From positions 1-56,352 of the IMG/VR virus record IMGVR_UViG_3300017911_001056: a stretch of 56,352 nucleotides of DNA, one strand, 5' to 3'. Made by a program: the position numbers and the translations under genes. How positions within the stretch are numbered: position 1 is the first letter of the stretch; every line of letters starts with the position of its first letter. Of the stretch, positions 25,455 through 35,463 are shown piece after piece. The notes below the pieces were generated by a model. That model saw only the letters and a program-made list of their open reading frames with translations. It was not told where the DNA came from and searched no databases. Source of the stretch: a virus (Duplodnaviria; Caudoviricetes).

Positions 25455-26768
25455 ATGAACAACATTTTATTTACAAAAGACGACACTTCAGTTAACGACA
25501 AGCCTGCTGTTAACGTACCTGAAACAAACAAAACATCTGCTGAAATCGAAGACATCTTAATCAAAGCTCGTGTTGACATGTTGATGAATGCACCTTTCTT
25601 TGGTGCTTTGGCTACACGACTAAAATTGATTGATGCTACTGAGTGGTGTCCAACAGCCGCAACAGACGGTAAGCATTTTTATTACAATCGTAACTTTACT
25701 GCCGCACTTACAGAAGACGAGTGCATTTGGCTTATGGGCCATGAAATTTTACACTGTGTTTATGACCACATGGATGTTGACAGACGTGGTGACAGAATCC
25801 CTCAACTTTGGAACGTGGCGAATGACTATGTTATCAATCTTGAACTTGAACTTGCTAGGATAGGCAAGCGAATCCGAAAAGAAATCATTGAGGTATGCTT
25901 CGAATACAAATATCAAGACATGACATCAGAAGAAGTATACGATGACATTTACAAAGAAATGGATGAACAAGGTCGTATCAAACAGGTGAGTTTTGATATG
26001 CACTTGGATCGTGATGAAGGTGATGATGCTGGCAGTGGTCCTGCAGGCGAAGGCCAAGACAGCAAAGATGGTAAAGCAGGTCCTGTGCCAATGACTGCTG
26101 ATGAGAAGGAAAAGGCTAAGCAAGAATTTAAAAGTGCTACAGTGCAGGCTGCTAAAGCAGCAGGTGCAGGTAACTTACCAGGTGGCGTTAAACGTATGCT
26201 GGACAAGATTCTCAATCCTCAATTAGATTGGAGAACACTACTTGCTATGCAAATCCAAAGTGTTATCAAGAACGACTACACTTTTAGAACACAAAGCCGT
26301 AAAGGTGCAGACAGCGGTTACTGGTTACCTGGCATGGACTATGACACAACCATTGATGTTGCTGTTGGCCTTGATGTAAGTGGTAGTATCTTTGATGAAA
26401 TGCTAAGAGACTTTTTAAGCGAAGTTAAAGGTATTATGGATCAGTACACTAACTACAAGATTCATTTGTTCTGCTTTGACACTGAAGTGCATAATCCACA
26501 AGAGTTCACCGACAGCAACATGGACGAGTTCATGGATTATGAAATTGTAGGCGGTGGCGGCACTGAGTTTGATTGCTGTTTTGAATACATGAAAGACAAC
26601 GGTATTCAGCCTAAGAAGTTTATTATGTTTACAGATGGTTACCCCTGGGGTAGTTGGGGAGACGAAAACTATTGTGACACACTGTTTATTGTACACGGCA
26701 CAAGAGGATTATCTACACCAACTGCACCGTTTGGTATCACAGTTCCATATTCTAGGGAGTCAGAATAA
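25455..26768 (+). CDS. Metallopeptidase-like + VWA domain protein (DUF2201-type), partner of the AAA+ ATPase
   Basis: PTAATDG, HEILH (HExxH), WNVANDYVIN; MIDAS DVSGS, GGGGT, FTDG. Confidence 0.88.
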   Translation: MNNILFTKDDTSVNDKPAVNVPETNKTSAEIEDILIKARVDMLMNAPFFGALATRLKLIDATEWCPTAATDGKHFYYNRNFTAALTEDECIWLMGHEILHCVYDHMDVDRRGDRIPQLWNVANDYVINLELELARIGKRIRKEIIEVCFEYKYQDMTSEEVYDDIYKEMDEQGRIKQVSFDMHLDRDEGDDAGSGPAGEGQDSKDGKAGPVPMTADEKEKAKQEFKSATVQAAKAAGAGNLPGGVKRMLDKILNPQLDWRTLLAMQIQSVIKNDYTFRTQSRKGADSGYWLPGMDYDTTIDVAVGLDVSGSIFDEMLRDFLSEVKGIMDQYTNYKIHLFCFDTEVHNPQEFTDSNMDEFMDYEIVGGGGTEFDCCFEYMKDNGIQPKKFIMFTDGYPWGSWGDENYCDTLFIVHGTRGLSTPTAPFGITVPYSRESE

Positions 26769-27058
26769 TGTCAGAAATCACACCCAGCAATCCTGTACAA
26801 CTAACAGATTTTGAATTCGAAGCACTGGTTAAATCTGGTGCTGAGATAGTCGAACCAATGATTATGCAACGTGTTCGAATTGTTGACAACGATGATCTCA
26901 TCGAAGATGTTTACGATTACCTCGATATTAATCTTCGTAGCACTTTTTATGTGCGTAAATTGTATCGTGCGGCAACCATTTACTTTGCAGATCCAATTGA
27001 AATGGAAAACGTGCAGCGTCTATTGCACACACTCAAAACAGCCAAAAATCCTAATTAG
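26768..27058 (+). CDS. Hypothetical protein
   Basis: 96-aa ORF, TAATG-coupled. Confidence 0.6.
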   Translation: MSEITPSNPVQLTDFEFEALVKSGAEIVEPMIMQRVRIVDNDDLIEDVYDYLDINLRSTFYVRKLYRAATIYFADPIEMENVQRLLHTLKTAKNPN

Positions 27059-27109
27059 TAATTAAAACATCTGTTAAATACTTGTATAAACTATTTTAGG
27101 AGTTTACAA

Positions 27110-27412
27110 ATGGCAAAAAATAATGCTAAGAAAAAGGAGCAAGATACAATGGCAGAAGACCAAGTAACCCAAGAAGCACCAGCAGAAGAAACTGCTGCAA
27201 ATGCACAACCTGAGAGTGTTAATCTAACTGATTTAGGTACACTATTACAGATTGTTGATTTAGCAACACAACGTGGTGCATTCAGAGGTGCTGAACTCAG
27301 CCAAGTAGGCGCAGTATTTGATAAGTTGAATGCGTTCTTAAGTTATGTACAAGAACAGCAGGCAGCACAAGCAGAAGCAGAAGGTGAAGAATCCGACGCT
27401 TCAGAGGAGTAA
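27110..27412 (+). CDS. Small acidic phage protein
   Basis: AGGAG RBS, TAAATA upstream (27075-27080); core LTDLGTLLQIVDLATQRGAFRGAELSQVGAVFDKL. Confidence 0.7.
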   Translation: MAKNNAKKKEQDTMAEDQVTQEAPAEETAANAQPESVNLTDLGTLLQIVDLATQRGAFRGAELSQVGAVFDKLNAFLSYVQEQQAAQAEAEGEESDASEE

Positions 27413-27416
27413 TAGA

Positions 27417-28079
27417 ATGGCAGTTGCAATGAAACACGTAGGCAAAGTTGGTGAGAAACCAGTTGTAGTACTTTACAGAGAAGTACCAGGCGAACCTGAA
27501 AATGCACTTGTTGTAAAAACAGATGTTTTACCTGACGTACAACACGATGCCTTAATGAATGTAGTACAAAGTACAGAAGCACAAGAATCAAATGATATCG
27601 CTGATGTTCTAGACCGTAGACAATTTGCAGACGGGCAAAATATGTTACAAGCATTACACTTTGATCGCAGAATTGAAAAAGTGTCTGTTAGTTTAGTAAC
27701 ACTTACCCCTACACCATCAGCAAGTGTATCGCTTGCGGAAGTTAATGCTGAGATTAGAAAGATCAAGAATAATTCTAATCCTCCTCTGAACACAGAAGTT
27801 GATCCTTCAACTTTACGTGAGTCAGTGGAACAGCCTGTAGTTGAGCCTGCAATCGAAACTGATCCAACTCTAGCACAGGAATCTATTGTTGTGCCTGAAG
27901 TTGCTTCAGCAGATGATGAAGCACAGATTGCTCAAAACTTACTTGCACAGGCAAGTATTCTGGAAGACGATGCTGCGGCATTGATGCGTGATGCTGATGC
28001 TAAAAAGCAAGAAGCATATCGTTTGAATCCAGATTTAAAACCAAGAAAAGGTCCTGGCAGACCTAAAAAGTCAGCATAA
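27417..28079 (+). CDS. Hypothetical phage protein with C-terminal AT-hook-like GPGRPKK
   Basis: Start ATG 27417 after GAGGAG; KHVGKV N-terminus. Confidence 0.7.
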   Translation: MAVAMKHVGKVGEKPVVVLYREVPGEPENALVVKTDVLPDVQHDALMNVVQSTEAQESNDIADVLDRRQFADGQNMLQALHFDRRIEKVSVSLVTLTPTPSASVSLAEVNAEIRKIKNNSNPPLNTEVDPSTLRESVEQPVVEPAIETDPTLAQESIVVPEVASADDEAQIAQNLLAQASILEDDAAALMRDADAKKQEAYRLNPDLKPRKGPGRPKKSA

Positions 28080-28107
28080 TAAAACAGATATAATATAGGG
28101 ATCTTTT

Positions 28108-28437
28108 ATGGTAACTAGCGGCTCAGCTCGTGTAGTTCTGATTGGCAAGTCAAAGAACAAAAACAAAACCCAATCAAACATTCTGCAGGACATCAATCCA
28201 ACAGAAATACCCAAAGAGTTTATTGATAAAATAACTCTAACATTTGAAGGTGATCAAGAAATTGAGTTTGATCCGGCTGGTTTGAAAGAAAACTTTACTG
28301 TCGACGGTATGTCTGATTGGCTGTCTAAGGTAGATAAAAAGGGCCATGTTAAACTGGTTGAAATAACACTAGATCTTGATTTAATTATGCAATCCTTACA
28401 AAAAGGTTCAGACAGTATTTTTGCCAAATACTTCTAA
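28108..28437 (+). CDS. Hypothetical protein
   Basis: 109-aa ORF, last gene of the + strand arm. Confidence 0.65.
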   Translation: MVTSGSARVVLIGKSKNKNKTQSNILQDINPTEIPKEFIDKITLTFEGDQEIEFDPAGLKENFTVDGMSDWLSKVDKKGHVKLVEITLDLDLIMQSLQKGSDSIFAKYF

Positions 28438-28581
28438 TGCTATAGCAGCAATCATGTCTTTGCATTTACAACATTGTTTGCAAGCACCTGATTGCTGTTT
28501 ATAGGTCTTAACACATTGTGTTTTAATTAAACCTTCTCTAACTTTTTGTTCGTTTTGATTAGCACAAATACAAACGATCAT
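28408..28581 (-). CDS. Bfd-like [2Fe-2S] ferredoxin (57 aa, below the ORF-track cutoff)
   Basis: Own translation MIVCICANQNEQKVREGLIKTQCVKTYKQQSGACKQCCKCKDMIAAIALEVFGKNTV*; CxC...CxxC as in Bfd; ATGA-coupled. Confidence 0.7.
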   Translation of the reverse strand: MIVCICANQNEQKVREGLIKTQCVKTYKQQSGACKQCCKCKDMIAAIALEVFGKNTV

Positions 28582-29102
28582 AACAGTTCTAATATCCTTC
28601 CTACAGTTTTATCGTTTACATCGAGTGATAGATACGGTACGTTTAAGTCAATAAGTATTTTTAGTATGTGAGCATCAATGTGCTTGCTTACTTCTAGATC
28701 TTGTGCTCTACCTACATCAGTGAACTCTGTTGTGCGATTGAGAAACACATCAATGTTGTCGTACATGTTGTAGCATTCAAGTGCTAATGTATCAATTGCT
28801 TCTGTATACATAGGACCGTCATACACTGTTCTGTATGCAATACTGAGCAACACAGGGCTGTCTGTGATAATGTAGTCTACTTTATCCTTTAGTCTTACTA
28901 ACTTTCGATGCTGGTGTGCTAATACCCATAACTGATCTTTGAGCATTGGTACATTTCCTTCCCACACGCACTCTTTAGCAAACTCATTAACTAACTCTAC
29001 ACTGTAACCATGTTGTTTCATTCTGTAAAACAAGCCGCTGGCCTGAGTACTTTTACCGCTTGAAGGTCCGCCGTATAAGTTAATTACTTTTGTTTTTGAC
29101 AT
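28578..29102 (-). CDS. P-loop kinase (NadR/AAA_28-like)
   Basis: INLYGGPSSGKST, EFAK, ITDSPV; start ATG 29102. Confidence 0.8.
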   Translation of the reverse strand: MSKTKVINLYGGPSSGKSTQASGLFYRMKQHGYSVELVNEFAKECVWEGNVPMLKDQLWVLAHQHRKLVRLKDKVDYIITDSPVLLSIAYRTVYDGPMYTEAIDTLALECYNMYDNIDVFLNRTTEFTDVGRAQDLEVSKHIDAHILKILIDLNVPYLSLDVNDKTVGRILELL

Positions 29103-29205
29103 CTTGTAATTCCTTTTCTGCACACTCACTACTACACCAAAGAACGTTGGGGCTCTTGATGATAACTTTAAATGTTTTGCCGCAATACTGACATTGCCTG
29201 GTCAT
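29080..29205 (-). CDS. Small zinc-ribbon protein (41 aa)
   Basis: MTRQCQYCGKTF...WCSSEC; TAATG overlap. Confidence 0.55.
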   Translation of the reverse strand: MTRQCQYCGKTFKVIIKSPNVLWCSSECAEKELQDVKNKSN

Positions 29206-29867
29206 TATTTGTATCCTATTTGCATGAACCGTGAATATACAGGAGTAACCATTTCTCCCGCATACAAGCATTTACTCATTGGGTAACGCTCTTTCATTTC
29301 TTCCACAGTATAGCACACATTTATATGCCCGTCAAACTCTGTGCTGTTATTTGTTTGCATCACAATAAGTTGACCGCTACTTGCAGTTTCAAACCATTGT
29401 GTATCCATGTGTTCGCAACTGGTGTTAATAACCACAGCAGGTTGTGTTTCAATTAGTTGACCTGCAGTTTGAAATTCCATATTGCCTGTTTCTAAATACG
29501 ATAAATCTTGTACAACTCCCTTGAATCGCCAGTCGGGTAAGAATCTTTGATTGAATACTTCTGCCTTGCTAATAGCAACAGGATCCATGTCGAACCCATA
29601 TATGCGTTCTATACTAAATTTTTTGTGTAGCAAAGGAACAAGACTGCCTATCCAGCAACCTAATAATGCCCATGTTTCATTTCTTGGCACAGTCTGTACT
29701 TGTAAGCAATTAAGTAACCAAAACTTGCTTGCTAACTGTCCTAAACTAAATGCATCTTTAGGAAATAATCCACTATTGACTTGCTCAACAAACGTGGGAG
29801 GCAGTGTGCCATATTCATCACACCACAGCCTAACATCTTCCCAAGTCTCTAAATTAATTTTGCTCAT
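29205..29867 (-). CDS. Class I SAM-dependent methyltransferase-like protein
   Basis: DAFSLGQLASKFWL, LLGCWIG (motif I-like), GFDMDP, VINTSCEHM. Confidence 0.7.
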   Translation of the reverse strand: MSKINLETWEDVRLWCDEYGTLPPTFVEQVNSGLFPKDAFSLGQLASKFWLLNCLQVQTVPRNETWALLGCWIGSLVPLLHKKFSIERIYGFDMDPVAISKAEVFNQRFLPDWRFKGVVQDLSYLETGNMEFQTAGQLIETQPAVVINTSCEHMDTQWFETASSGQLIVMQTNNSTEFDGHINVCYTVEEMKERYPMSKCLYAGEMVTPVYSRFMQIGYK

Positions 29868-32800
29868 AGTATTCTTTTAGCCAACTAAAGTTGTTGATGT
29901 TCAACAGCATTTCAGCATTGTCTTTGTGCTCTTTTGCAAATGCGACTGCCTGTTCAGCGCCACGTTTAGCATCAGCATTAAAGTCTGCATCTTGGTTAGG
30001 ATTAAGCCATGCATCTAAACGCTCTGCACTCTCAGTATCATCCTTGAGTGATAGTTTAACACACTCTCTAAAGGCGCTTCTCCACGTGCTGTAAGCGTCT
30101 GTGTTGAACTTTGTGTAACAACTAATATCAGGAATAGCCTTAAATCTACTGCTAAGTCCTGTTGTAAAGTCTAGTCCCCAACTGGTAGCATCTCTGACCA
30201 TTTGTGTAGGAAACAGTTTAACACCACCGTAACCATACTCTAATCCATTAACCAAGTTAATGCTGTTCCACACATGAACCACGTCCTCATCATAAACGTC
30301 AGGCAAATATGTGAAGTCAAAGTTTTTAACTAGTTCAGCGTCACCATCTATTACCCAAAACATTTTGCTTTCTACACGATTAGCGGCATGCTGGTGAGCG
30401 TTGAAGATGCCTTCGATGTCTTTTACCCATATTAGGTTTGGCACTCTTTTTGATACTGTTGCTATTTCGCTAACTTTTTTCTGTAGTGCTTCAAATCTCT
30501 CTGGTGCATTTGGTTCATTATAACTTAAAAATACTATATCAAACATCTTTGTAATACTTCCTTGTTCTCTAACATACTGGACATTCTTAATCTTATTTAA
30601 TCGCAACGCTTCTGAAGTCAGTTTAGAGTAATCTCCATTTGTTGGCCACAGTCTTAAGCCACCATATCCGTGTGTTTGATTAGTTTGATCATTAACTTTC
30701 TGCCAACTGTGTACTTTGTGTATATCAGATACTTTAGGTGAGAATCCAAGTTTTACAGGCGAACCTTGTATGTCTATGTCTGCATCTGGGTCCACTGACC
30801 ACACAAAAGGCACTGGTTCTCCTGTTTCATATCCGTCTCTATAACTTTCTAGATCCTGTAAAAATTCATTTTTGTTATACGAATCTAGTCTAATAATTGG
30901 CCATTTAGGACGTAAACTAGCCTCTACTGTCATTAGTTTTAGGTTGCCTAAACTGTTGTTTAGTATCTGTTCGTCGGTGTATTCCCATTCCTCAAACAGT
31001 TCTTTGGGCACCAATCTAACATTCTTATGCTCGCCATCCTCGTTTAAAAACACATGCATATAACCTATATCGTACTGCGTAGGGTAGTAACCAAAGTCAA
31101 AGTCTGGTGATAATTGGGTATGTAAGTCTACTACCCAGAACATTTTGGCGTCTGTGACCGCACACAAGCGTCTGTAAGCGGCGTCTAGTGATCCAGTATA
31201 ATCTGATGCTTCTAAATGATAAACAGGGTATTTGCGTTGCGTACACGCTGGCTCGCGTATGAATTTGGGCCTACCTTTTTCAGCAGGTTGTTTGTGACAC
31301 AGTTTTACACCGCTGTAATCATATTGTCTACCAGTAATAGGATTAAGTTTCTGCCATACATGTGTTTTGCCTTTATCCCAAACCTTAGGCACAAAATTAA
31401 GTTCAAAGTCTGGTAATAGATCAACGTCCTCATCAATTACCCAGAACCAACCAGTTGTAGACTTCTTACGTCCTTCTTCTTCGGTAGTAAATACTTCAAA
31501 CTTTAATGCATCGCCAAATGGTGTAACATCATGTATTTTGATTTCTACATCATTGTTATTCCCCGGAACCCAACGTACACCTCCCATTGCTTCTGGAAAC
31601 TTGTGATCCAATTGACCTCTGACATGAAACGTGTGTATCATTTCACGTTCTTGCTCGTTTTGATACGGAATGACATTTATGTTTTCTTCGATCTCATATT
31701 CATTATCCACTAACCAGCATGCTTCTGTTACACTGCTAAGATCATTTACATTGTCAACAAAGTAAACAGGATATTGATTAACTGGCAGTCGTAAAGGATC
31801 ATCATGTACTTTTATTTCGTAACCTTCTTCGTTACCAGGCCACCAATATACACCACCCATGTTTTCTGTGTACTTGTTGGTTAACTGATTATGCACATGA
31901 AATACATGTACTTTATCTTTGTCGTAATCCCCTGGTATCCAATTAATGCTATCATGTATTCTATAAGACTGATCAACTAACCACTGTGGTTCGTTTGTGC
32001 TTGGTGGGTGTGATGGATCTTCCACAAACTTAACCGGATATGTTTTTTCTACGTTGTCTAATGTTTCATGCACAACATAATTACCATCCCATTCAAGCGG
32101 TACCCAACGTACACCTCCCATGCTTTCTGGATATTTGTCTCTGAGCTGATCTCCAACGTGGAATGTGTGCATACTTGTTTTTTCAAATACACTGGGCATC
32201 CAAGTAAGTTTACTGTCTTCAATTTGATACTCTTGGTCTACAACCCAGCAATCCTCTGTGATAGATTTCAAGTCATCTACATCTTCGACACGTAGAACAG
32301 GGTAACGTTTGTAAACTTGTCCTAAAGTACCTTTATACTTGATCTGCGTTTCTTCACTAGCACTTTTAGGAATAAGATATATGCCCCCTTCTTTTTCTGG
32401 ATATTTGTGCTTTAACTGATCAACTTGATAATTTAGAATAAATTTTTGTTCGTGTTTAGGTACTACAATTTTAAAATCATTGTCTAATTGATATTCACTG
32501 TCAATTAGCCAAAACATTTTTGTTTTGCTTTTACGAGCAAATGTACTGTACTGCTTTGGATCGTCTGTGTAAAATATATCATACTTAACAGGCACTATGT
32601 CTTCTTGATATTTGTGCTTGGTCATGTCAAATGTTTTACTAACAAGTCTAACACCACCACAGCGATTGTCCCATGGCTCAGTGATGTCTGTGGGATAACG
32701 TTCTTCCAGCATGCCAGGTACTTTGAAAACATGTATGTATTCTAATTCATGTTCTTGTGGAGTAAACAGCAACTTACCATTGAAGTCATACTCTCTGTCT

Positions 32801-33789
32801 ACTACCCAAAACCATTCTGTTTTACTACGCTCTGCAAGTTCTGTGTAAGTGTCAGCAGTAAAGTCATCCTCGTCTACATAATAAACATCATAAGAGATAT
32901 CATCAATTGGACAATCTTTGTGTATGATAACTCCGCCACCTTCATGGCCGCCTGTTGCCTTACGCCAGTCTTTGGGTACTAATCTAATACCGCCTAGTTG
33001 TCGATTATCTGTTTCGTGCTTGTAACTCCAACTCTTTTCTTGCAACTGATTTGGCATTCTGAAACTGTGAATGTATTCTTGCTCAAATGGGTTAGGAACC
33101 CAGTCAATTGTGCTTTCATCTATTTGATATTCTTTGTCTATTAGCCACACATAATCCTCACTATACACATCACGTTGTGTGTAGTCTTCAGGATCATCTA
33201 CTAACATTACAGGATACTTTGCACTAGCATCTAAGAATGTATGGTATTTAACTGTTGCGTTTTTCCAGTCTCTAGGGTATAGTTTGATGCCTCCTTCTTC
33301 AGCAGGATACTTGTGTTCTAGTTGCCCACGTAGATGAAATGTGTGTATAAAATTAGGTTCAAAATTACTAGGAGCCCAGTCAATATCATCGTTTAATTTG
33401 TATTCCTTATCCACACACCATACGTGAGTTGCATAAGGATTTTTTTCAAAATATTTGCCGGGGGTCTTTGTGTTAAGTATGTCAAACTTTTTTCTGCACA
33501 CAACTTTGTTTACTTCTTTGATTCCCAAAGAAGATGCACTTGGCAGTAAACGTAATCCACCATAGTTTACATTGTCCCATTTCCATACATGTTCGTATTG
33601 CTGATCGTGTGAAGGAGGCCTGTATTCTAGTACATCAAAGTTGTTGAGCTCAATGTTTGGTTCTATGACCCAAAACATCTTTGTGTTTGGTTTAGCCGAA
33701 GATACAGAATCTACCTGCTTTGCAAATGGTAGTTGAGTTTCTAGTTGTTTATTTTCGCCAATATAAAATATATCAAACATGTTAATCAC
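29854..33789 (-). CDS. Large protein of ~12 tandem GT-A-like repeats with an intact C-terminal glycosyltransferase-like domain
   Basis: 12 recurrences of W-x-[VI]-[DE] followed by GG[VIL]x[LW]xP-type motifs; C-terminal FDIVFLSYNE, FWVIDGD (DxD), WRSAFRECVKL. Confidence 0.7.
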   Translation of the reverse strand: MINMFDIFYIGENKQLETQLPFAKQVDSVSSAKPNTKMFWVIEPNIELNNFDVLEYRPPSHDQQYEHVWKWDNVNYGGLRLLPSASSLGIKEVNKVVCRKKFDILNTKTPGKYFEKNPYATHVWCVDKEYKLNDDIDWAPSNFEPNFIHTFHLRGQLEHKYPAEEGGIKLYPRDWKNATVKYHTFLDASAKYPVMLVDDPEDYTQRDVYSEDYVWLIDKEYQIDESTIDWVPNPFEQEYIHSFRMPNQLQEKSWSYKHETDNRQLGGIRLVPKDWRKATGGHEGGGVIIHKDCPIDDISYDVYYVDEDDFTADTYTELAERSKTEWFWVVDREYDFNGKLLFTPQEHELEYIHVFKVPGMLEERYPTDITEPWDNRCGGVRLVSKTFDMTKHKYQEDIVPVKYDIFYTDDPKQYSTFARKSKTKMFWLIDSEYQLDNDFKIVVPKHEQKFILNYQVDQLKHKYPEKEGGIYLIPKSASEETQIKYKGTLGQVYKRYPVLRVEDVDDLKSITEDCWVVDQEYQIEDSKLTWMPSVFEKTSMHTFHVGDQLRDKYPESMGGVRWVPLEWDGNYVVHETLDNVEKTYPVKFVEDPSHPPSTNEPQWLVDQSYRIHDSINWIPGDYDKDKVHVFHVHNQLTNKYTENMGGVYWWPGNEEGYEIKVHDDPLRLPVNQYPVYFVDNVNDLSSVTEACWLVDNEYEIEENINVIPYQNEQEREMIHTFHVRGQLDHKFPEAMGGVRWVPGNNNDVEIKIHDVTPFGDALKFEVFTTEEEGRKKSTTGWFWVIDEDVDLLPDFELNFVPKVWDKGKTHVWQKLNPITGRQYDYSGVKLCHKQPAEKGRPKFIREPACTQRKYPVYHLEASDYTGSLDAAYRRLCAVTDAKMFWVVDLHTQLSPDFDFGYYPTQYDIGYMHVFLNEDGEHKNVRLVPKELFEEWEYTDEQILNNSLGNLKLMTVEASLRPKWPIIRLDSYNKNEFLQDLESYRDGYETGEPVPFVWSVDPDADIDIQGSPVKLGFSPKVSDIHKVHSWQKVNDQTNQTHGYGGLRLWPTNGDYSKLTSEALRLNKIKNVQYVREQGSITKMFDIVFLSYNEPNAPERFEALQKKVSEIATVSKRVPNLIWVKDIEGIFNAHQHAANRVESKMFWVIDGDAELVKNFDFTYLPDVYDEDVVHVWNSINLVNGLEYGYGGVKLFPTQMVRDATSWGLDFTTGLSSRFKAIPDISCYTKFNTDAYSTWRSAFRECVKLSLKDDTESAERLDAWLNPNQDADFNADAKRGAEQAVAFAKEHKDNAEMLLNINNFSWLKEYYEQN

Positions 33790-35293
33790 TTATATGTACA
33801 GGAACACCGTATTGTTTTGCAAACAGTGCAGCGTCCTCTACGTCATTAACAATAGGCTGACCTTTAATATTTAAACTGGTATTCAGTATCATTGGACAAC
33901 CTGTTCTTTTATAAAACTCTCTTAACAACATGTATAGACCTGGGTGTTGCTTTTGTGTTACTGTTTGTACTCTGCTTGTACCGTCTTTGTGTACAATAGC
34001 AGGAAAGTCTTCAGGGAATTTACAACGTGCCACATATTGCATGTATGGACTTGCATCTACTGGCATATCAAAATAGTCATGTGCAAATTCTTCTAGTATA
34101 ACTGGAGCAAAAGGTCTAAACTCTTGTCTCTTTTTAATTTCGTTAACACGATCTTGTATTTCGTCCCCACGTGGATCTGCACATAAACTTCTGTTACCTA
34201 ATGCACGTGGTCCAAACTCTGCTTTGCCATTTGCAATTCCAAATATTTCACCTTTTTCTAAACTGTTTAATGCTGCTTGCACAGGATACGAACCAGGAAT
34301 ATTTTTACCCAAGTAAGGTGTAAACTGTTTAATTTTACGTCCTGTTTGATGAAAGTACTCTAATGCCGCGGCACCTAAACTACTGCCTGCATCACCTGGA
34401 TTAGGCATGATATGTAAATTTTCAAAACCTACTTCTTTGAGTCTACTGTTAGCAACACAGTTCAATGCAACGCCTCCCATGAACACTAAATTATCAGAGC
34501 CTGTTAGTTGTTTTGCATGTTCTGCGTATGCAAGTATTCTTTCCTCAACTTGCATCTGTGCTGCCATTGCAATATCAAAATCGCCATAGTTTGCATACAT
34601 CGAAGGCCTCATGCCTTTGTGTAAGTTCTTTTTCATTTTAACTGCTTCTGCAGGTTTGCTCCATGCCCACTCATGCTTGAAGAAGTCTTTGCCCATCTGT
34701 CTACTGAGTCGTCTAGCCTTCACTGGGTCACCATAAGCAGCCATACCCATTAATATGTACTCATCTTCGTTAGGTTTTAATCCAACTCTGTGTGTGCATG
34801 CGGTATAAAAAAGTCCTAAACTGCTAGGATATGTTGTGCTGTGCAACTTTTTAAGTTGTTTGTCCTTCCAATGCCATATAGTTGCAGTATCCCATTCACC
34901 AATGGCATCGATTACCATAATCGCTGATTCATTAAAGTCACTTGTGAGTATGCCTGCAGCAGCATGTGTTTCATGATGCCAATACTCTTTGATAGGAATA
35001 CCTGCTAACTGTGGATAAAACTCTTTGATCCATTGTGCCTGCGTAAACTCTTTGTACTCGTTAAAGTCTCCTGCTCGTAAACTACGCAATTTCTTTGCTT
35101 TGCTGTTTTCATGTAACACAATAACATCTGGCTTGCCGTGCTTGAGTGCAGCATTAATTAGTTCTTGATTCAACCATGGATCATTTTTCTTTTTGCTGTA
35201 TCTTTCTGCATGTCCTGCAAATAAGATCTTACCACTTTTCACAACTGTTACCGCAGCGTCATGAAAGCCTGAACTTATTCCTAAAATTATCAT
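33782..35293 (-). CDS. O-carbamoyltransferase (NodU/CmcH/TobZ family)
   Basis: GFHDAA, ERYSKKKN, HHETHAA, DAIGE, EYILMGMAAYG, GGVALNC, GDAGSSLG, EFGPRALGNRS, FRPFAP, HKDGTSRVQTV, LNTSLN. Confidence 0.95.
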   Translation of the reverse strand: MIILGISSGFHDAAVTVVKSGKILFAGHAERYSKKKNDPWLNQELINAALKHGKPDVIVLHENSKAKKLRSLRAGDFNEYKEFTQAQWIKEFYPQLAGIPIKEYWHHETHAAAGILTSDFNESAIMVIDAIGEWDTATIWHWKDKQLKKLHSTTYPSSLGLFYTACTHRVGLKPNEDEYILMGMAAYGDPVKARRLSRQMGKDFFKHEWAWSKPAEAVKMKKNLHKGMRPSMYANYGDFDIAMAAQMQVEERILAYAEHAKQLTGSDNLVFMGGVALNCVANSRLKEVGFENLHIMPNPGDAGSSLGAAALEYFHQTGRKIKQFTPYLGKNIPGSYPVQAALNSLEKGEIFGIANGKAEFGPRALGNRSLCADPRGDEIQDRVNEIKKRQEFRPFAPVILEEFAHDYFDMPVDASPYMQYVARCKFPEDFPAIVHKDGTSRVQTVTQKQHPGLYMLLREFYKRTGCPMILNTSLNIKGQPIVNDVEDAALFAKQYGVPVHISD

Positions 35294-35463
35294 TCGTATC
35301 TATCTCTGTATATGTTTCTGTGTCTAAGCATAAGCATAATATTCTTTTTCTGCTCTTCGCTAAATTTTGTCCAGTTTGTAATTTCGGTTATTGTGCGTTT
35401 GCATCCTTTACAATACTGGCTGTCAGGAGTGATATTACATTTCTTCACACATGGTGATTTCAT
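35290..35463 (-). CDS. DUF1289-like four-cysteine (predicted Fe-S) protein (57 aa, below the ORF-track cutoff)
   Basis: Own translation MKSPCVKKCNITPDSQYCKGCKRTITEITNWTKFSEEQKKNIML...; SPCxxxC...CxGCxRTxxEIxxW; ATGA overlaps at both ends. Confidence 0.8.
   Translation of the reverse strand: MKSPCVKKCNITPDSQYCKGCKRTITEITNWTKFSEEQKKNIMLMLRHRNIYRDRYE

Noticed and set aside
35290-35463. Possible frameshift in the DUF1289-like gene
   Set aside because: Re-reading the - strand gives TAT TGT AAA GGA TGC in frame; the ORF is intact
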